The position numbers and the translations under genes are program-made. Below, piece by piece: positions 1 to 25,878 of a stretch of DNA of 64,000 nucleotides. The notes below the pieces were generated by a model that worked only from the letters and a program-made list of their open reading frames with translations, did not search any database and was not told the origin of the DNA. Source of the DNA: the human T2T-CHM13v2.0 reference genome, Homo sapiens; assembly GCF_009914755.1 (NCBI RefSeq), contig NC_060925.1. One strand, 5' to 3'. Position 1 is the stretch's first letter, and each line of letters starts with the position of its first letter.

Positions 1-177
<177 letters not shown>

Positions 178-406
178 TCACAATGGCTGATCCAGCATCA
201 TCCAACACATCATCCAGCATTCTACTCTGAAATAGAGCCTCCTCCTTAGTTCACGCCCACCAAATTCAGGGTAGAATGATGCTTTGCAGAAATGCATTAT
301 GTCTTAGTAATGCATCTCTTAGGGCTCAGCGCCCTCCTTTTCCCAAGCCAGCAGGTACAAGAACTGCAACCTCAGAAGCCAGCCATACCCACGGGCCACA
401 AAGCTA

Positions 407-793
<387 letters not shown>

Positions 794-1121
794 CAGTAGG
801 TCACTCAACACAGCTGAGCCCGTTTCCTCATCTGAAATGGAGATCATTTCTAACAGAACCCACATCTGTGCATCAGGCCAGGGAAAGGTTGACAGGGGTG
901 AGTAAGGAGAAAGGGTCCAACCCTGAAGTTAGGGACATGGACATTTAGAATCCCTGAAGGAAGGGCCTGGGGAGGCTGGGCTCCATCAGCTGTTGTGAGT
1001 CCTCTCCATTCTTACCTGATTTGTTCAACTAGTAAATATTTATTGGATGTCAATCATAACACTAGACAGTGGAGACAAAGCAGTGGACAAAGGCAAAAGC
1101 AGACATAGCCCCTGTCTTGAC

Positions 1122-4636
<3,515 letters not shown>

Positions 4637-4672
4637 CAGAAACGGATCTTGGCCTCATAGAGCTTACATTCA

Positions 4673-4742
4673 GTGTATGTGTACATGTGTATGTGTGCAT
4701 GCATGTGTGTGTCTGCATGTGTTTGTGCATGCGTGTGTGTGC
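4673..4742. repeat. Degenerate (TG)n/(TGCA) purine-pyrimidine repeat
   Basis: Direct reading. Confidence 0.85.
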
Positions 4743-6816
4743 ACACCTGTGCAGCACAAAATCCCTGTTGTGCTCAGTGCTCTGAAGGAAGGGTGCCAAG
4801 GACAAGAGCTATGATGAGAGTGGTCAAGGAAGACTTCTGCGAGGAAGTGATCTGAAGGAAGAGGTAACAGGATAAGGAGGAAAGGGAGGGAGAATCAGGC
4901 AGAGATGAGCGCCTGTGCAAAGGTCCTGTGGAGGGAGGGAGATGGACATAATAGCAGGCGCTGGAGAGGACCCAGGTGGCTAGAGCTGGGGGAATGCGAG
5001 GGAGGGACACCAAAGGGAAGGGCTGGAGGGGCCGTCATGCCCTGTGGCCTGAACAGAGAAAGCAGCCTGGGATGGGACACTAAGCCCTCCGGGCGCCCCC
5101 TAGGGCCAAACATCATGCTGGAGGCGTTAAGCACCTACGGTGGGGAGTCAAGTGTTCCCGGTCAGCATCTGGAAGGAGCCCGGAGGTCATTTGTTCTGGC
5201 TGAGGCCACTCTTCATGTGACCTCGTGGGAGGAGAAAAAAATCCAATTCCCTGACTTATTTAGCGGCAGCTCCTTGTACTGATTCTCCCAGGAAGGAAAT
5301 TCTGATGAAAACCAGTCTCACTGCTATGGCAACAGCAACCACTTCTGACTTCTCCTTCCGACTAAAAGCCAGGTGGGGAAGTCTGCCTAGCAACAGCAGT
5401 GGGTGTCAGGAGCCCCTCGGGCAAAGTTGCACAGCAGTACTCCCCCCAACCCAGGACTTCGGGATCCCCCTTACCTACTTTCTGTCCCAGTCTTGGCTCG
5501 GACCCAGCATCCCGCTTCTCTTTCCAGTGGAGAATCACAGCAGGCACCAACATCTGGACAGCGCTTCACCACTCAGATTGTGATTTACGCTGCCCGTGAT
5601 GTGGGACTGTTATCCCCATCAGACCGCCCGGGACACTGAGGCTCAGACAGGTGTAGGGGGTCTGTCAGTCTGGTGTCCTTCCCTGGCACTGCACTACTCA
5701 TTCCTATGCTGAGGCTCTGATTATCAGCACAGGCCTCCTGCTCTGATACCTGCAGCACGAAGGAATAAATGACACCTCCTCCACCCCTCCCCTCAGTCCC
5801 TTTCCTGGTAATCCATCGTATATGAGGGATGGGGGTGTCTGGCCCAACCGAAGGCCCTGGGAGGGATCACCTGGGGCCTGTTACCGCTGGAGCAGTAAGA
5901 AGGAATCATGGCAGAGGCCATGAGTGGTGCATCTCTGACGAGTTACCCCCAGTGACTATGCTAGAAGGGTTTCTCTTCAGAATACCTGGCTCTGACCTAT
6001 AATAAAAGCACTAATAACAATGGCTAACATATGCACATGGACTCTGGGCCAGCACTTTTTGTGCCCCATGTCATTCAGCTCTCACAACTACAAATGAGGG
6101 ATGGGCCACTGCCCCCTCATTCTACGAAGGGGACAAGATCTCAGAGCTGGAGTGGGGGCACAGCTGCAGTAAACCCAAGTGGTCTGGTCCCAGAGCCTGA
6201 GCTCTTAAGCAGATACCTGCAGGCCCCACTGCAGCTTTGGGAGGAGACTTTCTCTCCCTCTATCTCGTAGGCAGGCTGGGAAGATTAAAGGGGAGGGCAG
6301 AGGAGCACGGGGGAACGGAATGGAACAATCATTTCCTGGCCCTGGGCCAGAGGCGGCTGGTTGGATCTGTTGGAGGAAGCAATTGCCGTCTGCATGTGGG
6401 AGCAGGAGTGGAGCGAGGAGGGCAAGGAAGGCCTGGTTCTCACGGCCTAGTCTGAATGTGCCTATGCCGAGCGCTGCTCTTCACAGGTGGCATTTCCTTT
6501 CATCCCCAGAATGACACTGTGAGGGAATCATAGCTAATGCTTACCCTATGTCAAGTATCTCTCCAAGTTTAGAACACTTTGATTCATTTACTCTTCAAAG
6601 AAACATGCCAGGTACAGCCTAAGGTCAAGCCCGCTTTGCATATGAAAGCACTGAAGCACACCAAAAAGTAACTTGCCTGAGGTCATATGGCAGATTAAGA
6701 TTTGGACCAGGTCCCCTGGCTCATGTCCATGAGTTTAACAGACTCGCTGCCCTGCTAGGAGAGCTGGAGGACTTTTCTTCCAGAGGAGGGGCGAGGCCAT
6801 CATCAGTGGGGTTTGA

Positions 6817-8533
<1,717 letters not shown>

Positions 8534-10029
8534 GCAGCTACCATTTTCTAAGCCTTAACTAAGTGCCAGGTGCTGCTGTGCTGAGTGCATTTCATGGATT
8601 CTCTCACTGAATTTGCTGGATGGCTCTAAGAGGCAGGTACACTCATCTCCACTTTACAGATGAAGAAACTTGAAACTGAGCTCAGAGAGGCTGGGCAACT
8701 TGCCTCTGTTCACACTTTTAGGAAGTAACAGATGCAGGATTTCCACTCCCTCAGCTTCCTCTTCTGCAAAATGGGAGGAAATCTTACCATCACCTCATGC
8801 TGCTGGGAGAGTGAGAGTTGATCAGGTGCATCAAGCATTTGGCCATAGCAGGCCTTGATAAACTGTGCCCCTGTACCCTCCTCCTCACGTCCCCACTTCC
8901 TTTCCTATTTGTCCCTGATACCAACCAGCCCAGCCTGTCATAGTCGACAACCACAGTGTGATTCCCAGGCTGGGCCCCAGACAGCCTCTCAGTTCAGTGG
9001 ATGATCCCTGTCTCTGGTGGCCTGTCTTGAGGATGACAGCTAGCGGCAGCCTGGGGACGGCAGTGCGCTCAGATGACTCGTGGGGCTGCTGACCAGCAGA
9101 CAGGCAGTGACAGGCTGAGCAGCTGGCATCACCCGAGGCTGATCAGACACCCAGGGGAGCCCTGGCCTGCATTCTGCCCTCAAGTCCAGACCCTTCTCTA
9201 ACATTTGGGGGCCTTGTGGACCAGGGCAGGAGCACCAATGCGGGTCTACCCCTCACATGCCTAAATATCTAAGTTACAAACCAAACTAACAACCTCCTAA
9301 ATATATGTTCTGTCTTCTAATAGACTTAATGGTCTGGTAGGCCAGGCTGTGAATTTCAATTCCTCTGACTTCTTGGAGTTTTGAGCCAGAAGGTAGTAGC
9401 ATCTTTCAGCATATGGGAAAGCCAGCCCCAGCTATCAGTCCCATTTCTGGCTGGGGTCTCATACGCAGGTCTGGATCCTAGGACACATGTGTAAGCTATG
9501 TCCACACCTGCCCCTCCTTCCAAGCAGCTGGCGCTGTCTATGGGTGGACATACACACACTGGCAGCACAGGCTGTCCTCTGGAGAAGCCCCGGCACGCCC
9601 TGACAGTGGGCTTGGGGCTGACTGGATGGGGGAATCTGGGGTCCTGAGTATCTGGGGTGGAGTCTAGGGTGGGAGCGTAGGCATAGGTTTCCAGTGAGCA
9701 TGTCCCCCTGATCCTGTGGACTGCCCGCCCTGGGGAAAGGGGCATGGCCAGAGGAGGGCCACAGAAGGCCCCCTAATGCTTCCGGTACCGCCCAGGTCCC
9801 CTGTAGCGGGGCTGTGGTGTCTGTTGTGAGCAAACTCGTAAATCATCACTGGAGACACATTCCCAAAGGAAGGTCTCAGGCCACACAGGTGCCTAGACTC
9901 CAGGAGTAGCCCAAGGGTTTGGAGAGCTTGGGATCAGGAAATCCAGGTTCAAGTCCTAGCTCTGCCATGTGCTGGCTGTGATTGTGGCCCAGCAAATTCC
10001 CCTGTTGGTTCCCATTTGCCCATCTGTAA

Positions 10030-11036
<1,007 letters not shown>

Positions 11037-11477
11037 TCAAGCATCACACATTCACTGAGTTCCTTCTGAGGGCCACACTCCATGTCCACACTCAGTGGAC
11101 ACTTCCAGGCCTCAAGGAGCTCCCAGTCTAGGGAGAGGGATTTGATGTGGAAATAGAGCAGAATTACAACAGCATAGTACCTGCTGTGATGGAGGCAGGG
11201 GACAAGTTGTCAGGGCCCAGAGGAAGAAGTCAGTGTGGTGAGCATGCGGGAGTACAGAGATGCTCCGAGGATGAAATGATGGATTAGCAGGCCTAGGAGA
11301 TAAAGAAGGAAAGAGCTTCCAGAGAGGCAGGCACAGCAAATGGCAAAGGCTCTGAGGTGTGAAACAACCCAGGGTGTTTAGGTCCATGCAACCTGAGTTT
11401 AGGGACACGGAAGTGGTAAGTTTTGGTTAGCAGGCAAGCCTGGGCAGGCTTTCAGTGTCTCTCTGGTCTAGACGAAT

Positions 11478-11965
<488 letters not shown>

Positions 11966-12007
11966 GCTTTAGACTTTATCCTGAAGGCAATGAGGGGCCA
12001 GGGGTAG

Positions 12008-13910
<1,903 letters not shown>

Positions 13911-14573
13911 GACTGCTGGTACTGTTATTATTACCATTAATCACCTGGCAATGAATGGAACCCTGCCTGGTAAATTGCTTCCTCCAGGTAATCTGCATTT
14001 CCTATTGTCCTTGTAGTCTTCATTCACTACAATCTGCTGAACGAATGTTTTCTAGAAAGCAGGAGCTATGTTATACTTTTTAGTTTTCCTGCAATGCCTG
14101 TTCCAGTCCCTGGCAGGGAGCACCCAAGAAGCTCAGCAAGGAAGGGACTTGGAGATCATCTACTCTAACTCAGTATGCAAGACAGACAGCTCTCCTCCCT
14201 AGCCTTATCAATTGCTTGAATGCCTCCAGGGATGAGGCATCTCCCTGTAAAGCGGTTTCCAGTGTCCAGGACTCTGGGGAGGCTGAGCTCCATGGGATGA
14301 GTAGGAGCTGAATGGGCAGCTGCAGAGGTTGGGGACATCCCCCCATGCCCCAGCAGCCCCCTTCCCTCCCTCTGAGAGCCGATGATAGGAGTGGTTCTAA
14401 TTATGCTCTAATTGCTTTCTTCCAGGCAGTTTCTCTGGAGCCAAGGAGTTCAGAGTTCATGAATAAATGAACAGGGAGGAAGCGGGAAGGGATGTTTATT
14501 GATCCACAAATCTCTACGTGCCAGTGTCCGCCCCACAAATGCTGGGGCATGCAGCAGTGTGCAGTTTCGAATA

Positions 14574-14717
14574 CAGATGCTCCTTGATTTACGACGGGGC
14601 CACGTCCCAATCAAGCCATCCTAAATCGAAAATGCATTCCACACCCCAATAAACCCATCGTAAGTCAAAAAACCATGTTGAACCACTGTAAGCTGTAAGC
14701 TGGGGACCAGCTAGCTG
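14574..14717. mobile_element. MER47/Tigger5-family non-autonomous DNA transposon remnant
   Basis: Starts CAGATGCTCCTTGATTTACGA.GGGG, internal AATAAACCCATCGTAAGT, ends GGGGACCA..CTG; TA on both flanks. Confidence 0.7.
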
Positions 14718-14807
14718 TACATACAAACACAGAAACATACCACAGCCCCCAAATGTCCCTCTCCAACAGACTGGTGGGGAATAAAAGGAAATTAACAAGA
14801 AGTTTCC

Positions 14808-17309
<2,502 letters not shown>

Positions 17310-18222
17310 AAAGGAAATCTTTTTACCCCTTTATGAGTTCCACTAAGAAGCCAAAGGTAGGAACCCTGGCTGTTGGCACCAGCCAGACTGTGCTCTGCCG
17401 CTGCCTCGTTGCGTGACTTTGGCCAAGTGACTTCAGTTCTCTGAGCCTCAGAGTCCTCATCTAGGAAACGGAAATGGGTGTGACAAAGTTCCACCTCTAG
17501 GGCTGTTGTGAGGATGACCTCAGGTGGCACATGTGAAGCTATGTGGCATTGGGGTTAAGGGCAAGACCTGGGTTTGCGCAGCTCTGCCACTGCTGGATGT
17601 GACTGCTCTCAGCCTCAGATTCTGCTTCGGTGAAATAGAGGTAGTAGCTGTGCCCACCCCACAGGGTGCCATGAGGATGAATGAGCCACTCCAGGTAAAG
17701 CAGTTACAGCAGAATGAGGTGGGTCATAAGTGCTCAGTAAATCTTCTCTGTTAGACTATGCCATGTGCAGAGACCCTGCAGTCCATTTTATATACGGGGA
17801 AGCACAGCCCCCAAGAGGGCCAAGGACTTGCCCAAGGTCACAGAGCCAGTTCACAGCAGAGCCAGGCCTATCTTTGAACCTGGTGTAGGCAGGACCCCCT
17901 GTCCAGACCTTTGATTCCATGATAGCGTGAGATGTATGAATGGATAACCACAAGACCTTTCATGGCCCCGGGCCATCCTGCTCATGGCTTGAGGACTCTA
18001 GGGGTGAGAGGTGGCTGATGCTCCTCTCCCCTGTCCTCCCTGGTGGCTCCAACGCTGGCCTGAACCAGTGGGGTGTGTCAGAGTCCAGGGAGGGTTGCCC
18101 CACCTTCCTGCCCCCCTGGCCAGCCCCTCCACTCCAGTGCTGGCTGTTAGAAGCCTCAGAAACAATCCAAAGGCCCAAGACCAGAACACCATTTGTCAGC
18201 TTTGCATGGTGGTGGCGGGCTT

Positions 18223-18383
18223 GTCTCCATGGCAACAGTGCAGTGTGAAGGCATCCTGGCATCATTAGGGAGCGCGCTGAGTAGTATAAACAGAGGCTGC
18301 AGTAGATTACACGCCTATTATGAGCAGTCTCGGGCTCTGAGCACTGGTAATTATGCCTAATTGTGCATTTAATTGTGTAATTG
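18223..18383. promoter_or_regulatory. Candidate intronic enhancer: RFX X-box, forkhead site and four TAATT homeodomain sites
   Basis: GTCTCCATGGCAAC 18223-18236; ATAAACA 18286-18292; TAATTA/TAATTG at 18348, 18358, 18370, 18378, all in non-repeat sequence. Confidence 0.5.
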
Positions 18384-18640
18384 AAAACCCACATCTCTGG
18401 TTCAGGCTGGGGCTGTGGAACATGCCCACCTCCTCCCAAAAAACAGGCTTAGGAACCAATCCTTATCCTGAAAATCTCAGAATTTTTGTCCTTCTAGGGC
18501 AAGGGGTGGCCAGAGCAGGCAAAGGGATAAAATGCCTAGAGATTTCCATTTCCCCTACTGCCTGTACCATGAGCTCACCAGGCCCTGTGATTTGAGGTAT
18601 GGGGTGGGAAGAAGTATGCTAAGGAGAGGGGACATGGTGA

Positions 18641-18958
<318 letters not shown>

Positions 18959-19590
18959 TAGAGATGGGATCTTACTGTGTTGCCCAGGCTGGTCTTGAAC
19001 TCCGGGCCTCAAGTCATCCTTCGGCCTCAGCCTCCCAAAGTGCTGGGATTATAGGTATGAGCCACCAGGCCTGGCCACACATAAATCCCACTGCCTAGGA
19101 CAGGAAACTCACCACCTGGTTATCAGCCCCCACCCCTGCAGAGCCTCTGGAGGGTCTGAAAGCTGCTAACAGAGTTCAGTACTCTCCTCTCATTTCCCAC
19201 TTCGTAGGCTGTGATAAATGAGGCCCAGAGAAGGCCAGGCCCAACTCAAAGTTGCACAGCAGTGAGTACTAGAACCCAGGAATTCTGTCTTGCAGCTGAG
19301 GGCATGTTTCATACGCTAAGGTGACTCAGCACCTAGAATCATGCATGGCAGTTTGTGTGTGCTTGATAAATATTTGCTGGATTCAACTCCAGGTAGAGTT
19401 AGCTAGAGGCAATTCTCACTCTCTGACCCAAGAGTATTAGTCTTTCTGTAGTTCAGGAAGCTCACCTATGGTGAGCTGGAGGTGAGTGATGGGCCACAAG
19501 CCTCCCAGCTCTGAATCTCTGTAGTTTGAGACTTCATCTTACAATCAAAATATGCTACATGGGCATCTGGGGTGGGAGCAGTGCAGCCTA

Positions 19591-19804
19591 TGTTGCCCAG
19601 GCTGTAGTGCAGTGGTACAATCATGGCTCACTGCAGCCTCAACTTCTGGGGCAAAAGCAATCCTCCCCTCCGCTTCAGTAGCTGGGACGACAGGTGCATG
19701 CTACCATGCCCAGCTAATCTTTTACATTTTTTTTTCTTTTTTTGAGACGGAGTTTCGCTCTTGTTACCCAGGCTGGAGTGCAATGGCGTGATCTCAGCTC
19801 ACCA
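19591..19804 (-). repeat. Direct copy of the AluJ/AluS junction at 22138-22352, followed by (CAGA)n
   Basis: Shared private variants and an identical junction (see findings). Confidence 0.9.
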
Positions 19805-20892
19805 GACAGACAGACAGACAGACAGGAGAAAGATGAGGTCACCAGAGTCCCTGACAACCTGACACCCAGGTGTAAAGTCTTGAGCAAGCCATCAGAGGCA
19901 GAAGTCTCCTCCTGACCCCAGGCCCTGACACTCCATCAGTCACCACTGCCTGCAACAAGGTGGGCCAGGCAGCACCTCTTACCTCCACCTGGGAAGAGAA
20001 GGAGCTCATTACTGACTCAGAGCTGGAAGGGTCCTTTGAGATGATGAGTCCAACCTTTTCCCCATACAGAGCAAGAGAGAGGCCCAAAGAGGCCACGCCT
20101 TCATCTTGGAACCCCTCTTAGTGAGTGGCAGCCTGTGCCCACGGCTCTCCCTGCATTATCTCAGGTTGCCCTCATTATAGTCCTATGAGGTGGGTGCTAT
20201 TATTATTCCCATTTTACAGAAGAGAAGACCACGGTCCAGCAATGCCAAGACCACACAGATGAAGAAGAACTGCTGCTCCAGCTTGAGCCTTCCATTCATT
20301 GAGAAAGGGGAGTCATCTCATTTCCTACCCCACAGTACTCGGATTGCAGAACCTGCAGCCTCATATCCTGGGCATTCAAGAGTGTACCCCCTTTGTGAGC
20401 TCCCACTCCACACGTTTTATTTCAAAGGAGCCTCCCAACAACTCTCTGAAGTAGATGATCATTATCCTGATTTAGAGAAGTGCAAGTGGAAGCTCAGAGA
20501 GGTTAGGTGTCTTCTTGCTCAAGGTCATCCAGCTACAAAGAGGCAAAGCTGGAACTCAAATCCCAGCCTGACCCCAAAGCCCGGGTTCTTCCCAGTTCCC
20601 AGTCCACCTCCTTGTCTCTGGATTTGTCAGCTGCTTTGAGAGGGGCCAGGAGGCCAATGTAAATCAGGAAAACCTGCAACCACACTTAACGGCTCTTCTA
20701 AAACCTTACTGCTCATTCAGTGCCTCTAGGGGAAGTTTGCTTTGCTCTCTGAAGCTCTCCCTCATCTGTGAATCAATCGACATCCCTCTCCAGGCCAGGG
20801 CAGGGAAAGCCAGGCAAAGCACTGGGACTTGGCTTCCTGGGCCTAAACCCAGCTCTCCCCCCATGGCCTGGATCTAGTGTTCAATTTAAAAA

Positions 20893-22087
<1,195 letters not shown>

Positions 22088-22095
22088 GAACTAGC

Positions 22096-22803
<708 letters not shown>

Positions 22804-23230
22804 TGGAACTAGTTTTTAAAAATACACCTGTAGCCTTAGTCTGCCTTCCTGTCACCCATCTCTCCTTAATACTAGAGAAGAGTAGTTTGGGAGTCTCCTA
22901 CCACATAGAATAAAAAAATACAAAATAAAAAATAAAAGGACTGACTAGAGGAGACAACATGTTCCAGTGATCAGAGCTGACTATCTCTGCTTGGTCCAGA
23001 TTTTATAACAATTGTTCTCAAACCCTTTCCCCTTGATGACTACTCTGAGGCTCAGACTATTATCTCCTGTTTCCTTGGAGAGATGTCATTTTACCCTTCT
23101 GAGCCTCAGTATGTCCATCAGTTAATGGGTATAAAAACCACACCTATCTCATAGAGTTGTTATGAGGATGGATCACTTGTAGATACAGGTTACTTTATTC
23201 CCTGGTTTTCTCAATCTGTATCACAGCTCC

Positions 23231-23465
23231 TTGGCACACTGCAACCTCCGCCTCCCAGGTTCAAATGATTCTCTTGCCTCAGCCTCCCGAGTAGCTGAAA
23301 TTACAGGTGCCCACCACCACGCTCGGCTAATTTTTTGTATTTTTAGTAGAGATGCGGTTTCACCACATTGGCCAGGCTGGTTTCGAACTCCTGATCTCAA
23401 GTGATCTGCATGCCTCGGCCTCCCAAAGTGCTGGGATTACAGGTGTGAGCTACCGCACCCAGCCG
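23231..23465 (-). mobile_element. Alu lacking its 3' end and A-tail
   Basis: Antisense Alu begins abruptly at TTGGCACACTGCAACCTCC; flanked by ATCACAGCTC direct repeats. Confidence 0.8.
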
Positions 23466-25648
23466 TGCATCACAGCTCTTTTAAGTCCAGCACAGAGCTT
23501 GGGGGTGGGTAGAATGGGGAGAGGGGGCATCTGTGTAAGCAGTTAGATCTGGCATCTGGTAACAAGCCCTGTGGCTGAGGAAAGGTTTGGATTTCTCCAC
23601 CTGCTTCCACTCCAGCGTCCCACAATACTAGCAGGGGGCAATGGGGCATGCAGGGAGAAGCTGTGGAGTCCCAGATCTGAGTTTGAATACTCATTCTGCA
23701 CCTATCATTTATGTGGCCATGGATAAGCCACACAGTAGCAAGAGACATATATAAAATGCCTAGTACAATGCCTGGCTCATAGCAGACACCAAACAAAAAG
23801 AAATTCTCATTATGTTAATTTCCCACTCAGCCCCATATTTTCCACATAAAGAAGAGCTGGAGTGTTTGTGGGAATGACCCTGATCACGAAATCCTCTAAT
23901 ACAGGCAGAGATGGGGCTGACGTGACTTGTCCAAGTCTCAAGGCAAATCATAGCTAGCCCTGGAGAGCACTTTCCTAGGCCAGGGACCGTACTTGGCTAT
24001 CCCGGCATCAACTTGCGAATTCCCCAAACTGCCATGGGCTCGTTCGTGGGGTAGAAGCTGTTTTTCTGACTACTTTGTAAGTAAGAAGGCAGAGGCTCAG
24101 AGAGGGTGCAGGACTTCCTGGGAGTCACAAAGCAAGGCCTGATCCCAGATGTAGTGCTCCTAGCCCCTGTGCCAGATCTCAGCGAAGCTGCCATTTATGG
24201 GCTGCTTATTTAAAAACCATCCACTCACCTACCCTTATAAAGGAGGAGAACCAGGGCCATCCCCAGGTCCCCTGGAGGCCTTCTTCTCCATTCTACCCTG
24301 CTCCGCCCATCTCATAAGGGCCTCGAGGGCAGTTTGGCTTCAGTCTGTTCATTCACAAAAGGGAGTTGATCATCCCTGCCAACTCTGTCCAAAGGGGTAT
24401 GAGGAACAAAAGGGGCCAGTGGCCTGCATAATTTCACGCTCCTGACTCTGATACCCGGCCCAAGGACCTCAAGCACCCAAAGCAGAACCAGACCCTCCCG
24501 AGGAAGCCGTGAGCTTGCAGCTGCAGCTGCTCCAGAGTGCAGGCCCCTGCTGGAGCCCATCTCCCTTTGGTCTTCGCCGTCACTATTGCTAATAACGACA
24601 TCAATCAGGTTGACCATGTTTCACACCATTACTCGCAGCTCAGCTGGAAGCTACATCCCGCCCCCCGCCCCCACCTTCCAGAAAGCAAAGAGCTTTCTAG
24701 AAGGGAAAAGAATGAAACCAACATTTTTCTGAATACCTACTATGTGTCTGGCACCTGGCCAAGGAAGCCCTTTCTACAACTCTGTGGGCTAGAGATGACT
24801 CTTCCTCTTTTACAAAGGAAGAAACTGTGGCCAGAGGAGTGAATGCGTGTGTCCAAGGTCACACAGAGCTGGGACAGAAACAACCATGGCAGTGATCTAT
24901 TATTGGGCACTCACTGGCTCACAGTGCAGGCACTACACATGAGGCTATCGAAATATGATCATCTTCATTTTCAGATGAGGAAACGCAGGCTTGGACCTGT
25001 CTGGGGTCAAGCACTGGTTAAACGCGAGCAGTAGAGTAGCACGGGGCTGAGAGGGTGGCTCTCTGTTCAGACAGAAGAGTCCTCGCATCTTGGTTCTGTC
25101 ACTGACTAGCTTAGCGAGCTTGGGCAAACGTCACACCCCTTCGCACCTCAATTTCCTCACCTGAAAAAGGGGATAATAAACACATCTACCCCACTGTGTG
25201 GAATTGCAATAAGAAGGATGAAAGCAGTAAAAGAGCTAACGTTTATTGATCATTTAACATGCACCAGGCACTTTGCCAAGCACTTTACATATGTATGCTC
25301 ATTTGGTTAAATGAGGTAATGCATATAAAGTGCTTAGCACAGGACTCCTGAAATGGGAATGATAATGATGATGATGAAGAAATTGATGGGGATTCCCTAG
25401 GGCAAATCTCACTGGTTCATCCCCTTCCAGGAAGAACAGAGTGGCCTGTAAGGTTTCAGGAAGGAGGTGAACAAGGAAGAGCTGGGTTTGGAAAGGAGAG
25501 AGAAAAGGCACGGGATTAAAAATTAGAGGGTGAATATGTTAATAATGTTGTCAAAATGATACACCAAAAAGAATTCTGGAAAGCAAGGGACCCAAGATGT
25601 TCTACAGAAAGGAACCGGATCAAGATGCAACAAAACTGCCATGCCAAA

Positions 25649-25878
25649 GCCAGGTGTGGTGACATGCACCTGTTGTCCCAGCTATTTGAGAGGCCGAGGT
25701 AGGAGGATCACTTGAGCTCAGGGATTTGAGGCTGCAGCTATTTGAGAGGCTGAGGTGGGAAGGTCACTTGAGCTCAGGAATTTGAGGCTACAGTGGGTTA
25801 TGATTGCCACTGCACTCCAGCCTGGGCAACACAGTGAGACGCCTATCTCTAAAAAATAAACAATAAATAAACAAAACA
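25649..25878 (+). mobile_element. Alu right monomer (FRAM/AluJ-like) with an internal 56-bp tandem duplication
   Basis: Units 25679-25734 and 25735-25790. Confidence 0.85.
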
